A stretch of 64,000 nucleotides of DNA. Origin: Pedosphaera sp. GTDB lineage: Bacteria > Verrucomicrobiota > Verrucomicrobiia > Limisphaerales > SIBH01. Of the stretch, positions 38,629 through 48,298 are shown piece after piece (position 1 is the stretch's first letter; each line of letters begins with the position of its first letter). A program made the position numbers and the translations under genes. The notes below the pieces were generated by a model. It made no database searches, was not told where the DNA came from, and saw only the letters and a program-made list of their open reading frames with translations. Location of the stretch: contig JANOQV010000056.1 in NCBI GenBank assembly GCA_031414955.1, forward strand, positions 57,049 to 121,048, in the 5' to 3' direction.

Positions 38629-38827
38629 GCGCGAAAGCTAGCGGGTCACGGCGTTCGCGTCACGAGCGACGCGACCCGACAGACTTTCTCGCTGGCGGGA
38701 GCCGCTCGTGAACATCCGCGCAGCCAGCAACCCAACGATGGCAGCAAAGTGATGAGCGACGGTGCCTCGCACGCATCATTGTCGCGGCAGGCCCCCGACT
38801 CCCGCCCTCGTCAAAACGGGTCAGGGT

Positions 38828-39433
38828 CTATTGGTCGATTTCGCCGAGAGATAAACCCTGGCCTGTTCCACTGCCATTTCGGCGGGGCCAGCCGAAGCGA
38901 AATCGTTCACGCTTGGCGGTGGTGCGGTCGGATTGGGTTACCGGCGGGTCCTGAACGAAGTCTTCAATGGTCTTCAGAAGCAGCGGCAGGTCGAGGGGCT
39001 TCTCCAGCAGCGCATGGGCTCCGGCCGTGGTGATCCACTCGCGCTGGTTGGGCTGCGCCGTGATGATGATAATCGGCAGCGTCGGCTTCATGCTGGCTAG
39101 CCGATCCAGCGCGTCCCAGCCATCCACCTCCGGCATGTTGAGGTCGAGCAGGAGCAGGTCGAAGTCTTCGTTAAACGCGAGATCGAGGACGTGCCCGCCG
39201 TGGGCGGCGAACGCAACATCGTAGTTCGCGCGGCGCAGCAATTTGCCGAGAGATTCGCGAATCTGTGGCGAGTCATCAGCGATCAGAATGCGCTTCTTCA
39301 GCGCAGGAGCAGCGGAAGGTTCAGGCAGTTCAATGATTCGATCTTGAGTTGTCATGGGTTCGAGATGTTGGTTGTTGTTTGAAGCGTTGATTGAGTTTTT
39401 TGCCATGCTGTTTTCACTCGACACGTTCTTCAT
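38828..39433 (-). CDS. Receiver-domain response regulator with no recognisable output domain
   Basis: ILIADD, LLLDLNMPEVDG, IIITA, LEKP; start uncertain. Confidence 0.85.
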   Translation of the reverse strand: MKNVSSENSMAKNSINASNNNQHLEPMTTQDRIIELPEPSAAPALKKRILIADDSPQIRESLGKLLRRANYDVAFAAHGGHVLDLAFNEDFDLLLLDLNMPEVDGWDALDRLASMKPTLPIIIITAQPNQREWITTAGAHALLEKPLDLPLLLKTIEDFVQDPPVTQSDRTTAKRERFRFGWPRRNGSGTGQGLSLGEIDQ

Positions 39434-39476
39434 GTGTTTCGTTTGCCGTCGCGACTCGCGCTCCGGTCATCCTCCC

Positions 39477-39494
39477 TTAGCTGCCATTGTGCCA
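39477..39494 (-). promoter_or_regulatory. Candidate sigma54 promoter
   Basis: Minus strand TGGCACAATGGCAGCTAA, one base different from 37143-37160. Confidence 0.75.
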
Positions 39495-39715
39495 CGCGAG
39501 GAGCGGGCGGAATGAGCGGCAAACTCGGGATTTCCTGCCGCCACGGTCGGCCGTGTGGCTTTCCGGAAGCCATCGTTGCTCACTCCGTTGCCAGTTGGTG
39601 AACCTCCTGTTTTGCATTCGCCCGAACTCTCGAAGATTTGCCGAAGGTCCGAAGGCTGCTAATCATTTCACCAGTGACTTTTGAAAATATACCTGCGCTG
39701 AGCGGACCGCCTGCT

Positions 39716-40177
39716 GTGAAATCCGTCGTCGCGCTCATCGGATGGATCGTGCTGTGTTTCAGCGCGGCGGCCTTCGGCTCGCAGTTCATGCCGGGCGAAT
39801 GGTATGCCTCCCTGAAGAAACCAACCTGGAATCCACCCAACTGGATCTTCGGCCTGGTTTGGTCGGCGCTCTACACGATGATGGCCGTGGCCGCCTGGCT
39901 GGTGTGGCGACGCGGCGGCTTCAAGCTCAACCAGCTCCCGCTGTCGCTATTCCTGACGCAATTGTTCCTCAACTCCCTTTGGTCCTGGCTGTTCTTCGGG
40001 TTGAAAAATCCCGCGCTCGCCTTCGGCGAGATCGTGCTCCTGTGGCTGGGCATTGGAGCGACGATCATCGCGTTCTGGCCGAAACAACGCACGGCCGCCT
40101 GGCTGCTCGTACCGTATCTCGCGTGGGTCAGCTTTGCCTCAGTCCTGAACTTCACGCTCTGGCAAATGAACCGTTGA
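39716..40177 (+). CDS. tspO: TspO/MBR tryptophan-rich sensory protein
   Basis: WYASLKKPTWNPPNWIFGLVW, LNSLWSWLFF, LLVPYLAWVSFA; GTG start inferred. Confidence 0.93.
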   Translation: MKSVVALIGWIVLCFSAAAFGSQFMPGEWYASLKKPTWNPPNWIFGLVWSALYTMMAVAAWLVWRRGGFKLNQLPLSLFLTQLFLNSLWSWLFFGLKNPALAFGEIVLLWLGIGATIIAFWPKQRTAAWLLVPYLAWVSFASVLNFTLWQMNR

Positions 40178-40193
40178 AGCCCGAGTCGAGCTC

Positions 40194-41168
40194 ATGAAAT
40201 TCACCGCGAAACTGCGCTATCTTCCTTACTACATCGCCATTGCCATCGCGCTGGGCATCATCGTCTGGACGGAAGCCTACACCTGGCAGCGCGTGGACGA
40301 CCTGCGGCGCAGCGCGGACTACGTGCCCACGCAGCAGGACATTGCTGAACTCCACCGCATCCTGACGTGGTCTTCCGTCGTCCTGCTGGCCATGGGTGCG
40401 GGGCTGGCGGTCCTCGTCTATCGCGGCATCATCGCGCCCTTGCGCGAGAGGCTCCGCCGCAGCCAGCTCATCATTGAGCGGCAGGAAAAACTTTCTTCGC
40501 TCGGCGTGCTCGCGGCGGGCATCGCGCACGAAATCCGCAATCCGCTCACCTCCATCAAAGTCCGGCTGTTCACCCAGCAGCAGTTGCTGAAGCCAGGCTC
40601 GGAGGAATCCGACGACAATGTCTTTCTGGCCGGGGAAATTTCCCGGCTCGAAAAAATCGTGAATGACTTTCTGGCCTTCGCCCGCCCTAGCGACCCCGAG
40701 TTTGCAATCTTGAAAGCCACTCAACCCCTGCGGGATCTGCTGCCGCTCCTCCAGCCTTCGCTCCGCAACTCGAACGTGCAGTTGAGAGAGGATTTCCTCT
40801 CCGACCCGCACATCAAAGCCGACGCCGCCCAGCTCAAGCAGGTGCTCATCAACCTTGTGAAGAATGCGGCCGAAGCGATGCCCGACGGCGGCATCGTCAC
40901 TCTCCGCACCCGCACCGAGCGGCGCGGGCTTGGCCCCCGTGCCACCAACGTCGTCATCCTCGAAGTCGCCGACAACGGACCCGGCATCCCGCCCAACGTG
41001 GTCAAACGCCTCTTCGATCCTTTCTTCACCACCAAAGCCAGCGGCACCGGCCTGGGCCTGAGCATCGCCGCCCGTATTCTGGAAAAGCACAGTGGCACGC
41101 TCGAATACTCGACGCAGTTGAATCGCGGCACCACCTTTCGCATCGTGCTCCCCATCGCCCACCCATGA
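40194..41168 (+). CDS. Sensor histidine kinase (NtrB-like core)
   Basis: Two TM helices with a short loop; AHEIRNPL, NLVKNA, DNGPG, FFTTK, GTGLGL. Confidence 0.95.
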   Translation: MKFTAKLRYLPYYIAIAIALGIIVWTEAYTWQRVDDLRRSADYVPTQQDIAELHRILTWSSVVLLAMGAGLAVLVYRGIIAPLRERLRRSQLIIERQEKLSSLGVLAAGIAHEIRNPLTSIKVRLFTQQQLLKPGSEESDDNVFLAGEISRLEKIVNDFLAFARPSDPEFAILKATQPLRDLLPLLQPSLRNSNVQLREDFLSDPHIKADAAQLKQVLINLVKNAAEAMPDGGIVTLRTRTERRGLGPRATNVVILEVADNGPGIPPNVVKRLFDPFFTTKASGTGLGLSIAARILEKHSGTLEYSTQLNRGTTFRIVLPIAHP

Positions 41169-42613
41169 ACACCGCCCGCATCCTGGTCATTGAAGACGAC
41201 ACGCGCTCCGCGCAATCGCTGGAGAAGCTGCTCAAGTCGCAGGGCTACGCCGTCACGCTCTGCCATCGTGGCGACAAAGGCTTCGAACTCGCGACGAACG
41301 AAGACTTCGCGCTCGTCATCACGGATTTTCGCATGCCCGGAGTCGATGGGCTCGAACTCATCCGTCAGCTCCACGCGGTGAAGCCACGCCTGCCGATGGT
41401 GTTGATGACCGCCTTCGGCACGACTGAGACAGCCATCGAAGCCACCAAGCACGGCGCGTTCGAATACATCCTCAAGCCGTTCGACATCGCTGAGATGCTA
41501 GAAGTGGTGAAGCGCGCGGTGGCCGGTTCGCGACTGATGAGTGAACGTGTAGAACTCGGTGCCGCGTCTGATCTGCCGACGGCGCAGGCCATCGTGGGCA
41601 ACAGCCGCGCGATGCAGACGGTGTACAAGGAGATTGGCCGGGTGGCGACAACGGCGGCGACGGTGCTGGTTCGCGGCGAGACCGGCACAGGCAAGGAACT
41701 CGTCGCCCGCGCCATCTACCAGCACAGCGATCGCTCCGCCAAGCCCTTCATCGCGGTGAACTGCGCGGCGATTCCCGAGACACTTTTGGAGAGCGAGCTG
41801 TTCGGTCATGAACGCGGCGCGTTCACCGGTGCCGACGCGCGACGCATCGGTCGCTTCGAGCAGGCGCATCAAGGCACGCTGTTCCTCGACGAGATTGGCG
41901 ACATGAGCGCCTTCACCCAGGCCAAGCTGCTGCGCGTGCTGCAGGACAAAGTCATCCAGCGTGTCGGCGGCAAGGAGAACATCCCCGTGGACGTCCGCAT
42001 CATCGCCGCGACGCACCGGGATCTGGAGCGGGCGATTGCGGAGAAGCTGTTTCGCGAAGACCTCTATTATCGTCTTGGGTCCGTGGTCATCAAACTCCCG
42101 CCCTTGCGCGAACGCGCCGAGGACATTCCCGCACTGGCCGGCTATTTTCTCCGGCGCTTCCGCGAGGAGTTGAAGCTGACCGATGCCTCGCTCCAACCCG
42201 ACGCGCTGGCGTGGCTGCAGGAGCTACGCTGGCCGGGCAACGTGCGGCAGTTAGAGAACGTCATCCGCCAGGGACTGCTCGCCTCGCGCGGATTTCCCAT
42301 CAGCCGCGAAGTGATCGAAGGCGTGTTCGCCAAGGGCGGAGACACGACGCTGATCAACCGGCCCGAAGGCGACGGCGCACTGGAAGCGTTGATGGACAGC
42401 CTGCTCGCCGAAGCGAAAGCCGGAGCGGACATCGACGTTCACGCGAAAGTGTTCGAAGCGATGGAGCGGGAACTTTTCACTCGTGCCATCAAGCTCGCAC
42501 AAGGAAATCAGGCGAAGGCCGCGCGCTGGCTGAAGATGTCCCGTCAGACCGTGCGCGAGAAGCTCCAACACTTCGGCCTGAAGGCGGAGGCTGGGGAAGA
42601 GACAAGTAACTGA
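41165..42613 (+). CDS. Sigma54-dependent response regulator (NtrC/AtoC family)
   Basis: REC domain; GETGTGKE, ESELFGHERGAFTGA, FLDEIG, WPGNVRQL; Fis-type HTH. Confidence 0.96.
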   Translation: MNTARILVIEDDTRSAQSLEKLLKSQGYAVTLCHRGDKGFELATNEDFALVITDFRMPGVDGLELIRQLHAVKPRLPMVLMTAFGTTETAIEATKHGAFEYILKPFDIAEMLEVVKRAVAGSRLMSERVELGAASDLPTAQAIVGNSRAMQTVYKEIGRVATTAATVLVRGETGTGKELVARAIYQHSDRSAKPFIAVNCAAIPETLLESELFGHERGAFTGADARRIGRFEQAHQGTLFLDEIGDMSAFTQAKLLRVLQDKVIQRVGGKENIPVDVRIIAATHRDLERAIAEKLFREDLYYRLGSVVIKLPPLRERAEDIPALAGYFLRRFREELKLTDASLQPDALAWLQELRWPGNVRQLENVIRQGLLASRGFPISREVIEGVFAKGGDTTLINRPEGDGALEALMDSLLAEAKAGADIDVHAKVFEAMERELFTRAIKLAQGNQAKAARWLKMSRQTVREKLQHFGLKAEAGEETSN

Positions 42614-42809
42614 CCTCAACGGACGGTTGATTTGCTTTGGTGGGCTGGAGTTCGGGGCGCTAACCTCCGCGCTTTCGATTTCTCTTCGCAGGGGCTGCGA
42701 GCTGCGCTGAATTCCTCGAGCTCGTGTTGGCCTTTGCCAGTAACACGGTGGCGTCTTTCCCTGACACGGTTCTGTACGGCAAGACTTGCCGGGTCAGAGG
42801 GCTGTCACT

Positions 42810-42983
42810 TCAGGCGGCTCTCATCGCCTGACCACGCATCGCCTGGTTGAAATCTGGGGCAACCATGGTCAAAGGAATGGGGGTCGTCTGGAACTTCAGC
42901 GAAGTGGCGGCGACGGCACTTAGCACAATCAAGCTGGCGAACAGCACCACTCCAATCAGCATCGCAAACAGTAAAATAGTCAT
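42810..42983 (-). CDS. Possible small membrane protein (57 aa)
   Basis: MTILLFAMLIGVVLFASLIVLSAVAA hydrophobic helix; no other support. Confidence 0.2.
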   Translation of the reverse strand: MTILLFAMLIGVVLFASLIVLSAVAATSLKFQTTPIPLTMVAPDFNQAMRGQAMRAA

Positions 42984-43244
42984 GCGCACTGCCTGGCTAA
43001 CTTTATGCCACCGCCCTGCACCCATGCCGAAGCGTTGTAATTTCCACCCATGCCTCCACAGACCAAGCCCGCCAACCATCGCTGTTCCGTCCGGCCCATC
43101 CCTGCATAAATTCTGGCGGGCTGAGGAAGAAGTCGATCCCTCGACCGGTCTTAACTGACCGCCGGATGAGCACCTGTTTGTCCGTGCTGCCGGCCGAATG
43201 GGCCGAATAGAGGAGTTTTCCAACCGGGGGCTTGGGGCTGGCGA

Positions 43245-43261
43245 TGGCACCCCGGCAGCTA
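43245..43261 (+). promoter_or_regulatory. Candidate sigma54 promoter
   Basis: TGGCACCCCGGCAGCTA, GG-N10-GC, ~55 nt upstream of ATG 43317. Confidence 0.7.
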
Positions 43262-43316
43262 CATCTGGGTTGTCGGTCACGAACGAATCGGGATCGACCA
43301 GGAACAAAAACAAATC

Positions 43317-43680
43317 ATGAAATTCATTCTCAACCATCGATGGCTGCAGCCGAACAAATCTCTATCGGCCCAGTTGAAACAAAAAAATCTCCAAGCTGGC
43401 CGGGCTGGTGCGGATTGAATCCGCCGAAGTAACACTCGAGAAGAATTCGGCCAGCAGTCCGCCCTTTCTGGCCAGGGTACATCTGGTGATTCCCGGTCCG
43501 GACCTTTACGCCGAGGACAAGGACCACACGCCGGAAGCGACCATCCGTAAAGTCCTGGCCAGGCTCTCGCGCCAGATTCGGCATCGCCAACAGAAGCTCC
43601 TCACCAAGCGGCGCAGCGGTGGCGAGGAAGCGAAATTCGGGAAGGGATACCGTCAACCGCTCTCCCTTCATCCGGCGTAA
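43317..43680 (+). pseudogene. HPF/RaiA-like ribosome-associated protein, frameshifted at an A7 run
   Basis: Removing one A at 43381-43387 joins MKFILNHRWLQPNKSLSAQLKQK to ISKLAGLVRIESAEVTLE..FLARVHLVIPGPDLYAEDKDHT..IRKVLARLSRQIR. Confidence 0.7.
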
Positions 43681-43796
43681 CCGTGTAATCTCACTCGCCC
43701 GCCGTCTTACCTCCCGGCTTCCCAGGCGGCCTACCGGCGACGATTCAAAAAGCGAGAAACACCTTCCAGTCGGACGGCGCAACGCAGGCTTGCGGA

Positions 43797-44004
43797 CTAC
43801 GCTAGAAACCGCAGATCCCCATTCAGCCACACGCCGCGGACCCGGAACTGATCATCGAACCAAACCAAGTCGGCGCGTTTACCGCGCTCAGTGGTGCCCA
43901 ACTCGCGTTCCCGCCCTATCTGGCGCGCGGGGTTGACCGCGGCCATGAGCACGGCGTCCACGAGCGAAGCGCCGGCCAGTTGCACGCTGCGGCGCACGGC
44001 TTCG
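43797..44004 (-). pseudogene. nagA: 3' fragment of an N-acetylglucosamine-6-phosphate deacetylase-like amidohydrolase
   Basis: AVRRSVQLAGASLVDAVLMAAVNPARQIG..LGTTERGKRADLVWFD..VRGVWLNG. Confidence 0.7.
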
Positions 44005-44160
44005 ATCATGGGCGTGGGTTGCGCCAAACGCTTCAGCGCCCTCAAACTCAAGGTCATCGAACGGATCCTTTGGGCGTGAGTGCTGACCATTCCCGCCACG
44101 GCGGTCGTGGCCTTCGGCCTGACGTGGCTGTGCTTCAAGGTCGGGCTGCTCCACTACTGA
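44005..44160 (+). pseudogene. pit: Orphan 3' fragment of a second pit gene
   Basis: IMGVGCAKRFSALKLKVIERILWA*VLTIPA aligns with ILGVGCAKRLSSLKFGVVEPILWAWVLTIPA; TGG>TGA at 44077-44079. Confidence 0.88.
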
Positions 44161-44209
44161 CCCGGGCGAGCCAAAACACTTCGAGTTGGACTTGGATTCA
44201 ACCCGGTGC

Positions 44210-47200
44210 TCAGCGCTTCCGGCCAAACGCCAGATACAGCGCCGGCATGAGGAAAAGATTCAGCAGCGTGGACGTCACCAGCCCGCCGAGAATCACAATC
44301 GCCATCGGGTACTCGATCTCGTGACCTGGAATGTTCCCGCGCCACACCAGCGGCAGCAGTGCGAGCGCAGCGCAGGAGGCGGTCATCAAAATGGGCGCGA
44401 GGCGTTCCTCCGCGCCGCGCAACACGAGCGCCAGTCCGAAGGGTTCGTTCTCCTCGACCTCCAAATGGCGGTAGTGGCTGATGAGCATGATGCCGTTGCG
44501 CGCGGCGATGCCCAGCACGGTCACGAATCCCACCAGCGAACCGAGCGACAAAATCCCGCCGCCGAGAAACGCGCCGGCCACGCTGCCGATGAGCGCGAAC
44601 GGCAGTGTGAGCGCCACCAGCAGCACGAGCCGCGCGGATCGGAAATCAACTTGCAGCAGCACCAGAATCCCGACCAGCGAGAACGCGCTGAAGAGCAGCA
44701 GCCGGCTGCTCGATTCCTGCCGCGCCTTGTATTCGCCGAGGAACTCCGGGTGATAGCCGCGCTCGAAGGCGACGGCACCCACGCGCTTCTCGATCTCGCG
44801 CGCCACGCTGCCGAGGTCTTTGCCGGCCACGTTGCAGGTCACGTCGATGCGGCGAGACGCGCCCTCGCGTTTGATTTCGTTCGGTGCCGGGACGATTTGG
44901 ATGTCCGCCACGTCGCCAAGCGGCACGCGCGCGCCGCCGGGTGTTTCGATGAGCATCTCGCGCAAGGACTGAATGTCCGTGCGCACTTTCTCCGCGCCCC
45001 ACACGGCCACGTCGTACACTTTCTGCTCCTTGTACACTTCGCCGACCTTGAGACCCTTCACGAGCGTCGTTGCCGCGCGGCGCACCTGGCCGGGGGTCAG
45101 CCCGAAGTTCGCGGCGGCCTCGGGGCGCAGGCGCACCTGCAACTGCGGCACGAGCACCTGCGGCTCGACCTTCAGGCTCGTCACCCCCGCCACGCCGGTC
45201 ATGGCCTTGTTCACCTCCTGCGCCTTGTCGCGCAGCACGGCCATGTCCGGCCCGAAGATGCGGACCACCACGGTCGCGCTCGCGCCGGTCAGCACTTCCT
45301 TGATGCGCTCCTTCAAGTAGGTCAACAGGTCGCGATACAGGCCGGGATAGCCGTCCACCACTTCCTGAACTTTGTGAACCGTCGCGTCGTAATCCACCGT
45401 CGGATCGAGGCTGATCCACAGCTCGGTGAAGTTCGGGCCCACCACTTCATCGGCCACTTCCGCGCGACCGATGTGCGAGCCGAAGTTGCGCACGCCGGGA
45501 ATGGCCCGCAGTTCCTTGCTCGCCTGCACGGTTACGCGCGTCATTGCTTCGAGCGACGTGCCGGGCTTCTCGACCCAGTGCATGAGGAAGTCCGTCTCCT
45601 TGAAGTTCGGCAAAAACTCCTCGCCCAGCTTCGGCAGCGCGAGTCCCGTCACGAGAAAGGTCAGCGCCAGAAAGCCCACGGCAAACCACGGCTTCCCGAT
45701 GAGCTTCGGCAGCACCGCGCGATAGCCCGCCTTCAATGCCCGCACCAGCGGCGCGTCCTGGCGGCGTTCGCGCGCGGCCGGCAGCAGCAGCAAACACAGC
45801 GCGGGCGTGACCGTGAGCGCCACGATCAGTGAGGCGAGAATAGCCAGCACGTACGACAGCGCCAGTGGCCGGAAGAAAGTTCCCGCCAATCCATCGAGGA
45901 AAAACACCGGCACGAACACCAGCGCCACGATGAGGCTGGCGAAGACCACCGCGCTCCGCACTTCGAGCGACGCGTCGAGCACGACCTTGAAGACGGGCAC
46001 GGGATTTCCCGCCGCGCGGTTCTGCCGCAACCGGCGCATGATGTTCTCCACATCTATGATCGCGTCGTCCACTACTTCGCCGACGGCGATGACGAGTCCG
46101 GCGATGACCATCGTGTTCATGGTGCCGCCGCGCAGGTAGAGAATGACAGCCGCCGCCAGCAGCGAAAGCGGGATGGCCGAGAGGCTGATGACCGCCGTGC
46201 GCCAGTCGTAAAGAAACGCGACGAGGATGATCACGACCAGCCCGCAGCCCAGCAGCATCGCGTGGCTGAGATTCAGCAACGAGCGTTCGATGAACGTGGC
46301 CGGGCGGAAAATGGTGGAATCAATCTCCACGTCCTTGAGGCCGGGGCGCAGCGCGTTGAGCGCCGCTTCCACCTGGCGTGTTACATCGAGCGTGTTGCCC
46401 CACGGCTGCTTCTCGACGATGAGCAACAGGCCGGGAGCGTCATTGATCACCGCGTCGCCGATGGGCGGCGGATGACTGATGACGACTTGCGCGACGTCGC
46501 CGAGGCGCAATGGCACGCCGTTCGTGAAGGACACCACCGTGCGCGCGAGGTCTTCCGCCGTTTCCACCGGCGACAAGTGACGGACGGGCAAACGCTGGTT
46601 CGGCGTATCGACGAAGCCGCCGCCGGAAAGCACCGTGGCATCGCCAGCGGCGCGCACCACGGCATCCAGTGACACGCCATGCGCCGCGAGCCGCTCGGGA
46701 TCGACGAGCACCTGGAACTGCCGGTCACGCTGGCCCCAGATCGCGACATTGGCCACGCCGGGCACGGACATGAGGCGCGGGCGAATCGTCCACAGCGCCA
46801 GCTCGGACAGATCCATTTGCGAAAGCGTCTTCGACCACACACCGATCTTCATGGCCCGGCTGGTCGAGGACAGCGGCGGGAGAATCACCGGCGCGTGCGC
46901 GACAGCGGGCAGGCGCGGCGTCACCGTGGCCACGCGTTCCTGCACGAGCTGCCGCGCGCGCATGAGGTCGGTACCGGGTTTGAAAATGCAAACCACCGAG
47001 GAGAGGCCGAGGACGGATTTCGAGCGCAGCGTCTTCAGCCACGAGACGCCATTGACCGCGTTTTCCAGCGGCACGCTGATCAGGCTTTCGACTTCTTCCG
47101 TCGAGAGACCCGGTGCCTCGGTTTGAATCTCCACCAGCGGCGGCGCGAATTCGGGAAAGACATCGAGCGGCGTGGTCTTCACCGCGCGAATGCCGAAAAC

Positions 47201-47272
47201 GACGAGCGCGCAGGCGACGGCGAGGACGAGCACCCGCTGCCGGAGGGACGCGGAAATGAGCCAGGTCATCAT
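44210..47272 (-). CDS. CusA/CzcA-type RND efflux permease
   Basis: [52 protein letters not shown]. Confidence 0.95.
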   Translation of the reverse strand: MMTWLISASLRQRVLVLAVACALVVFGIRAVKTTPLDVFPEFAPPLVEIQTEAPGLSTEEVESLISVPLENAVNGVSWLKTLRSKSVLGLSSVVCIFKPGTDLMRARQLVQERVATVTPRLPAVAHAPVILPPLSSTSRAMKIGVWSKTLSQMDLSELALWTIRPRLMSVPGVANVAIWGQRDRQFQVLVDPERLAAHGVSLDAVVRAAGDATVLSGGGFVDTPNQRLPVRHLSPVETAEDLARTVVSFTNGVPLRLGDVAQVVISHPPPIGDAVINDAPGLLLIVEKQPWGNTLDVTRQVEAALNALRPGLKDVEIDSTIFRPATFIERSLLNLSHAMLLGCGLVVIILVAFLYDWRTAVISLSAIPLSLLAAAVILYLRGGTMNTMVIAGLVIAVGEVVDDAIIDVENIMRRLRQNRAAGNPVPVFKVVLDASLEVRSAVVFASLIVALVFVPVFFLDGLAGTFFRPLALSYVLAILASLIVALTVTPALCLLLLPAARERRQDAPLVRALKAGYRAVLPKLIGKPWFAVGFLALTFLVTGLALPKLGEEFLPNFKETDFLMHWVEKPGTSLEAMTRVTVQASKELRAIPGVRNFGSHIGRAEVADEVVGPNFTELWISLDPTVDYDATVHKVQEVVDGYPGLYRDLLTYLKERIKEVLTGASATVVVRIFGPDMAVLRDKAQEVNKAMTGVAGVTSLKVEPQVLVPQLQVRLRPEAAANFGLTPGQVRRAATTLVKGLKVGEVYKEQKVYDVAVWGAEKVRTDIQSLREMLIETPGGARVPLGDVADIQIVPAPNEIKREGASRRIDVTCNVAGKDLGSVAREIEKRVGAVAFERGYHPEFLGEYKARQESSSRLLLFSAFSLVGILVLLQVDFRSARLVLLVALTLPFALIGSVAGAFLGGGILSLGSLVGFVTVLGIAARNGIMLISHYRHLEVEENEPFGLALVLRGAEERLAPILMTASCAALALLPLVWRGNIPGHEIEYPMAIVILGGLVTSTLLNLFLMPALYLAFGRKR

Positions 47273-47275
47273 GGT

Positions 47276-48298
47276 CTATTTTCCGATGCCGAACTCCGTG
47301 CCGAACAATTCAGCCACGGCCACGCTCACGACTTTCGCGCCGACCTTGGGGCCGGACTCCAGGACCGCTTCCGTGCCGACGACATGGCGCACTTGCACGC
47401 GGCGGCGCACGAAGGTTTGCGGCGCGGTGTTTTCATACACCCACGTTCCGCCGTTGATGTCGTGAGTCACAGCGGACCACGGCACGACCAGGCTTTCTTC
47501 GCCGTCGCGCAACGGAATGCTCACGCCGACTTTCTGCCCGAAACGGAACGCGCCGCCCTCATTCGCCAGCTCGTAAAACAAATCCACGGTTGAAGCGGCG
47601 GCGTTGGCGGACGGCGGTGCTTGCACTGGTTTTGCTGGCTGCATCTTCGCTCCGGCGGGCGCGGATAGAACGCCGACCTGAGCACTCGCCGCAGTGTCGA
47701 GCCGCGCCACGTCCCCGACATAAACCGGCACGCGCACCCAGAACTGTTTCAAATTCGCGACCTCCAGCACAATCGCGCCGAGCAGTTCACGCCGTGCCTT
47801 CGCCGCGCGCACAGCGGACTCGGCCAGGCCCACCTGCGCGCGCGCGTCATCGGCGGCGCGCGCGCTGCCGGCCTTTTCGGCGAGCAATTTTTCGGCACGT
47901 TCCAGCGTCACCTTCGCGGCGTCGAGTTGCACTTTGGCGCGATCCATCTGGCTGTCCGAATCAATCTGCGCCTCGGCCACGCGGATGAGTTCCGTGGGCG
48001 AAAGCGCGGGCAGGATGGAGAAAATCGTCTGGCCATTTGTGGCCGCCGTTTGCGGCATGATGAGGTCGCCGCCAAAGACCCGCACGCGCTCCACTTTCTT
48101 TTTCACGACTGGCGCGGTCTCGACGCCGAGGCGCTGCTCCGCTTGCGGCGTGAGGATGATGGTGCCGAGGTCGGCTTCCTTGGCCGGCTTGACGTTGGCG
48201 GGGGGATTCTTCGGCTCGGCACTCCACGCGTTGCTGCAAAGCAACGTGGTGCAGAGCCACGCAAGCGCGGCGTGGCAGATCAGGTGAGTTGCTTTCAT
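47276..48298 (-). CDS. RND periplasmic adaptor (MFP)
   Basis: Signal peptide, alpha-hairpin, FWVRVPVY, LVVPWSAV..GTWVY..FVRRRV. Confidence 0.9.
   Translation of the reverse strand: MKATHLICHAALAWLCTTLLCSNAWSAEPKNPPANVKPAKEADLGTIILTPQAEQRLGVETAPVVKKKVERVRVFGGDLIMPQTAATNGQTIFSILPALSPTELIRVAEAQIDSDSQMDRAKVQLDAAKVTLERAEKLLAEKAGSARAADDARAQVGLAESAVRAAKARRELLGAIVLEVANLKQFWVRVPVYVGDVARLDTAASAQVGVLSAPAGAKMQPAKPVQAPPSANAAASTVDLFYELANEGGAFRFGQKVGVSIPLRDGEESLVVPWSAVTHDINGGTWVYENTAPQTFVRRRVQVRHVVGTEAVLESGPKVGAKVVSVAVAELFGTEFGIGK

Noticed and set aside
37189..39033. 614-aa plus-strand ORF
   Set aside because: Antisense to the CorC-family gene; no recognisable domain
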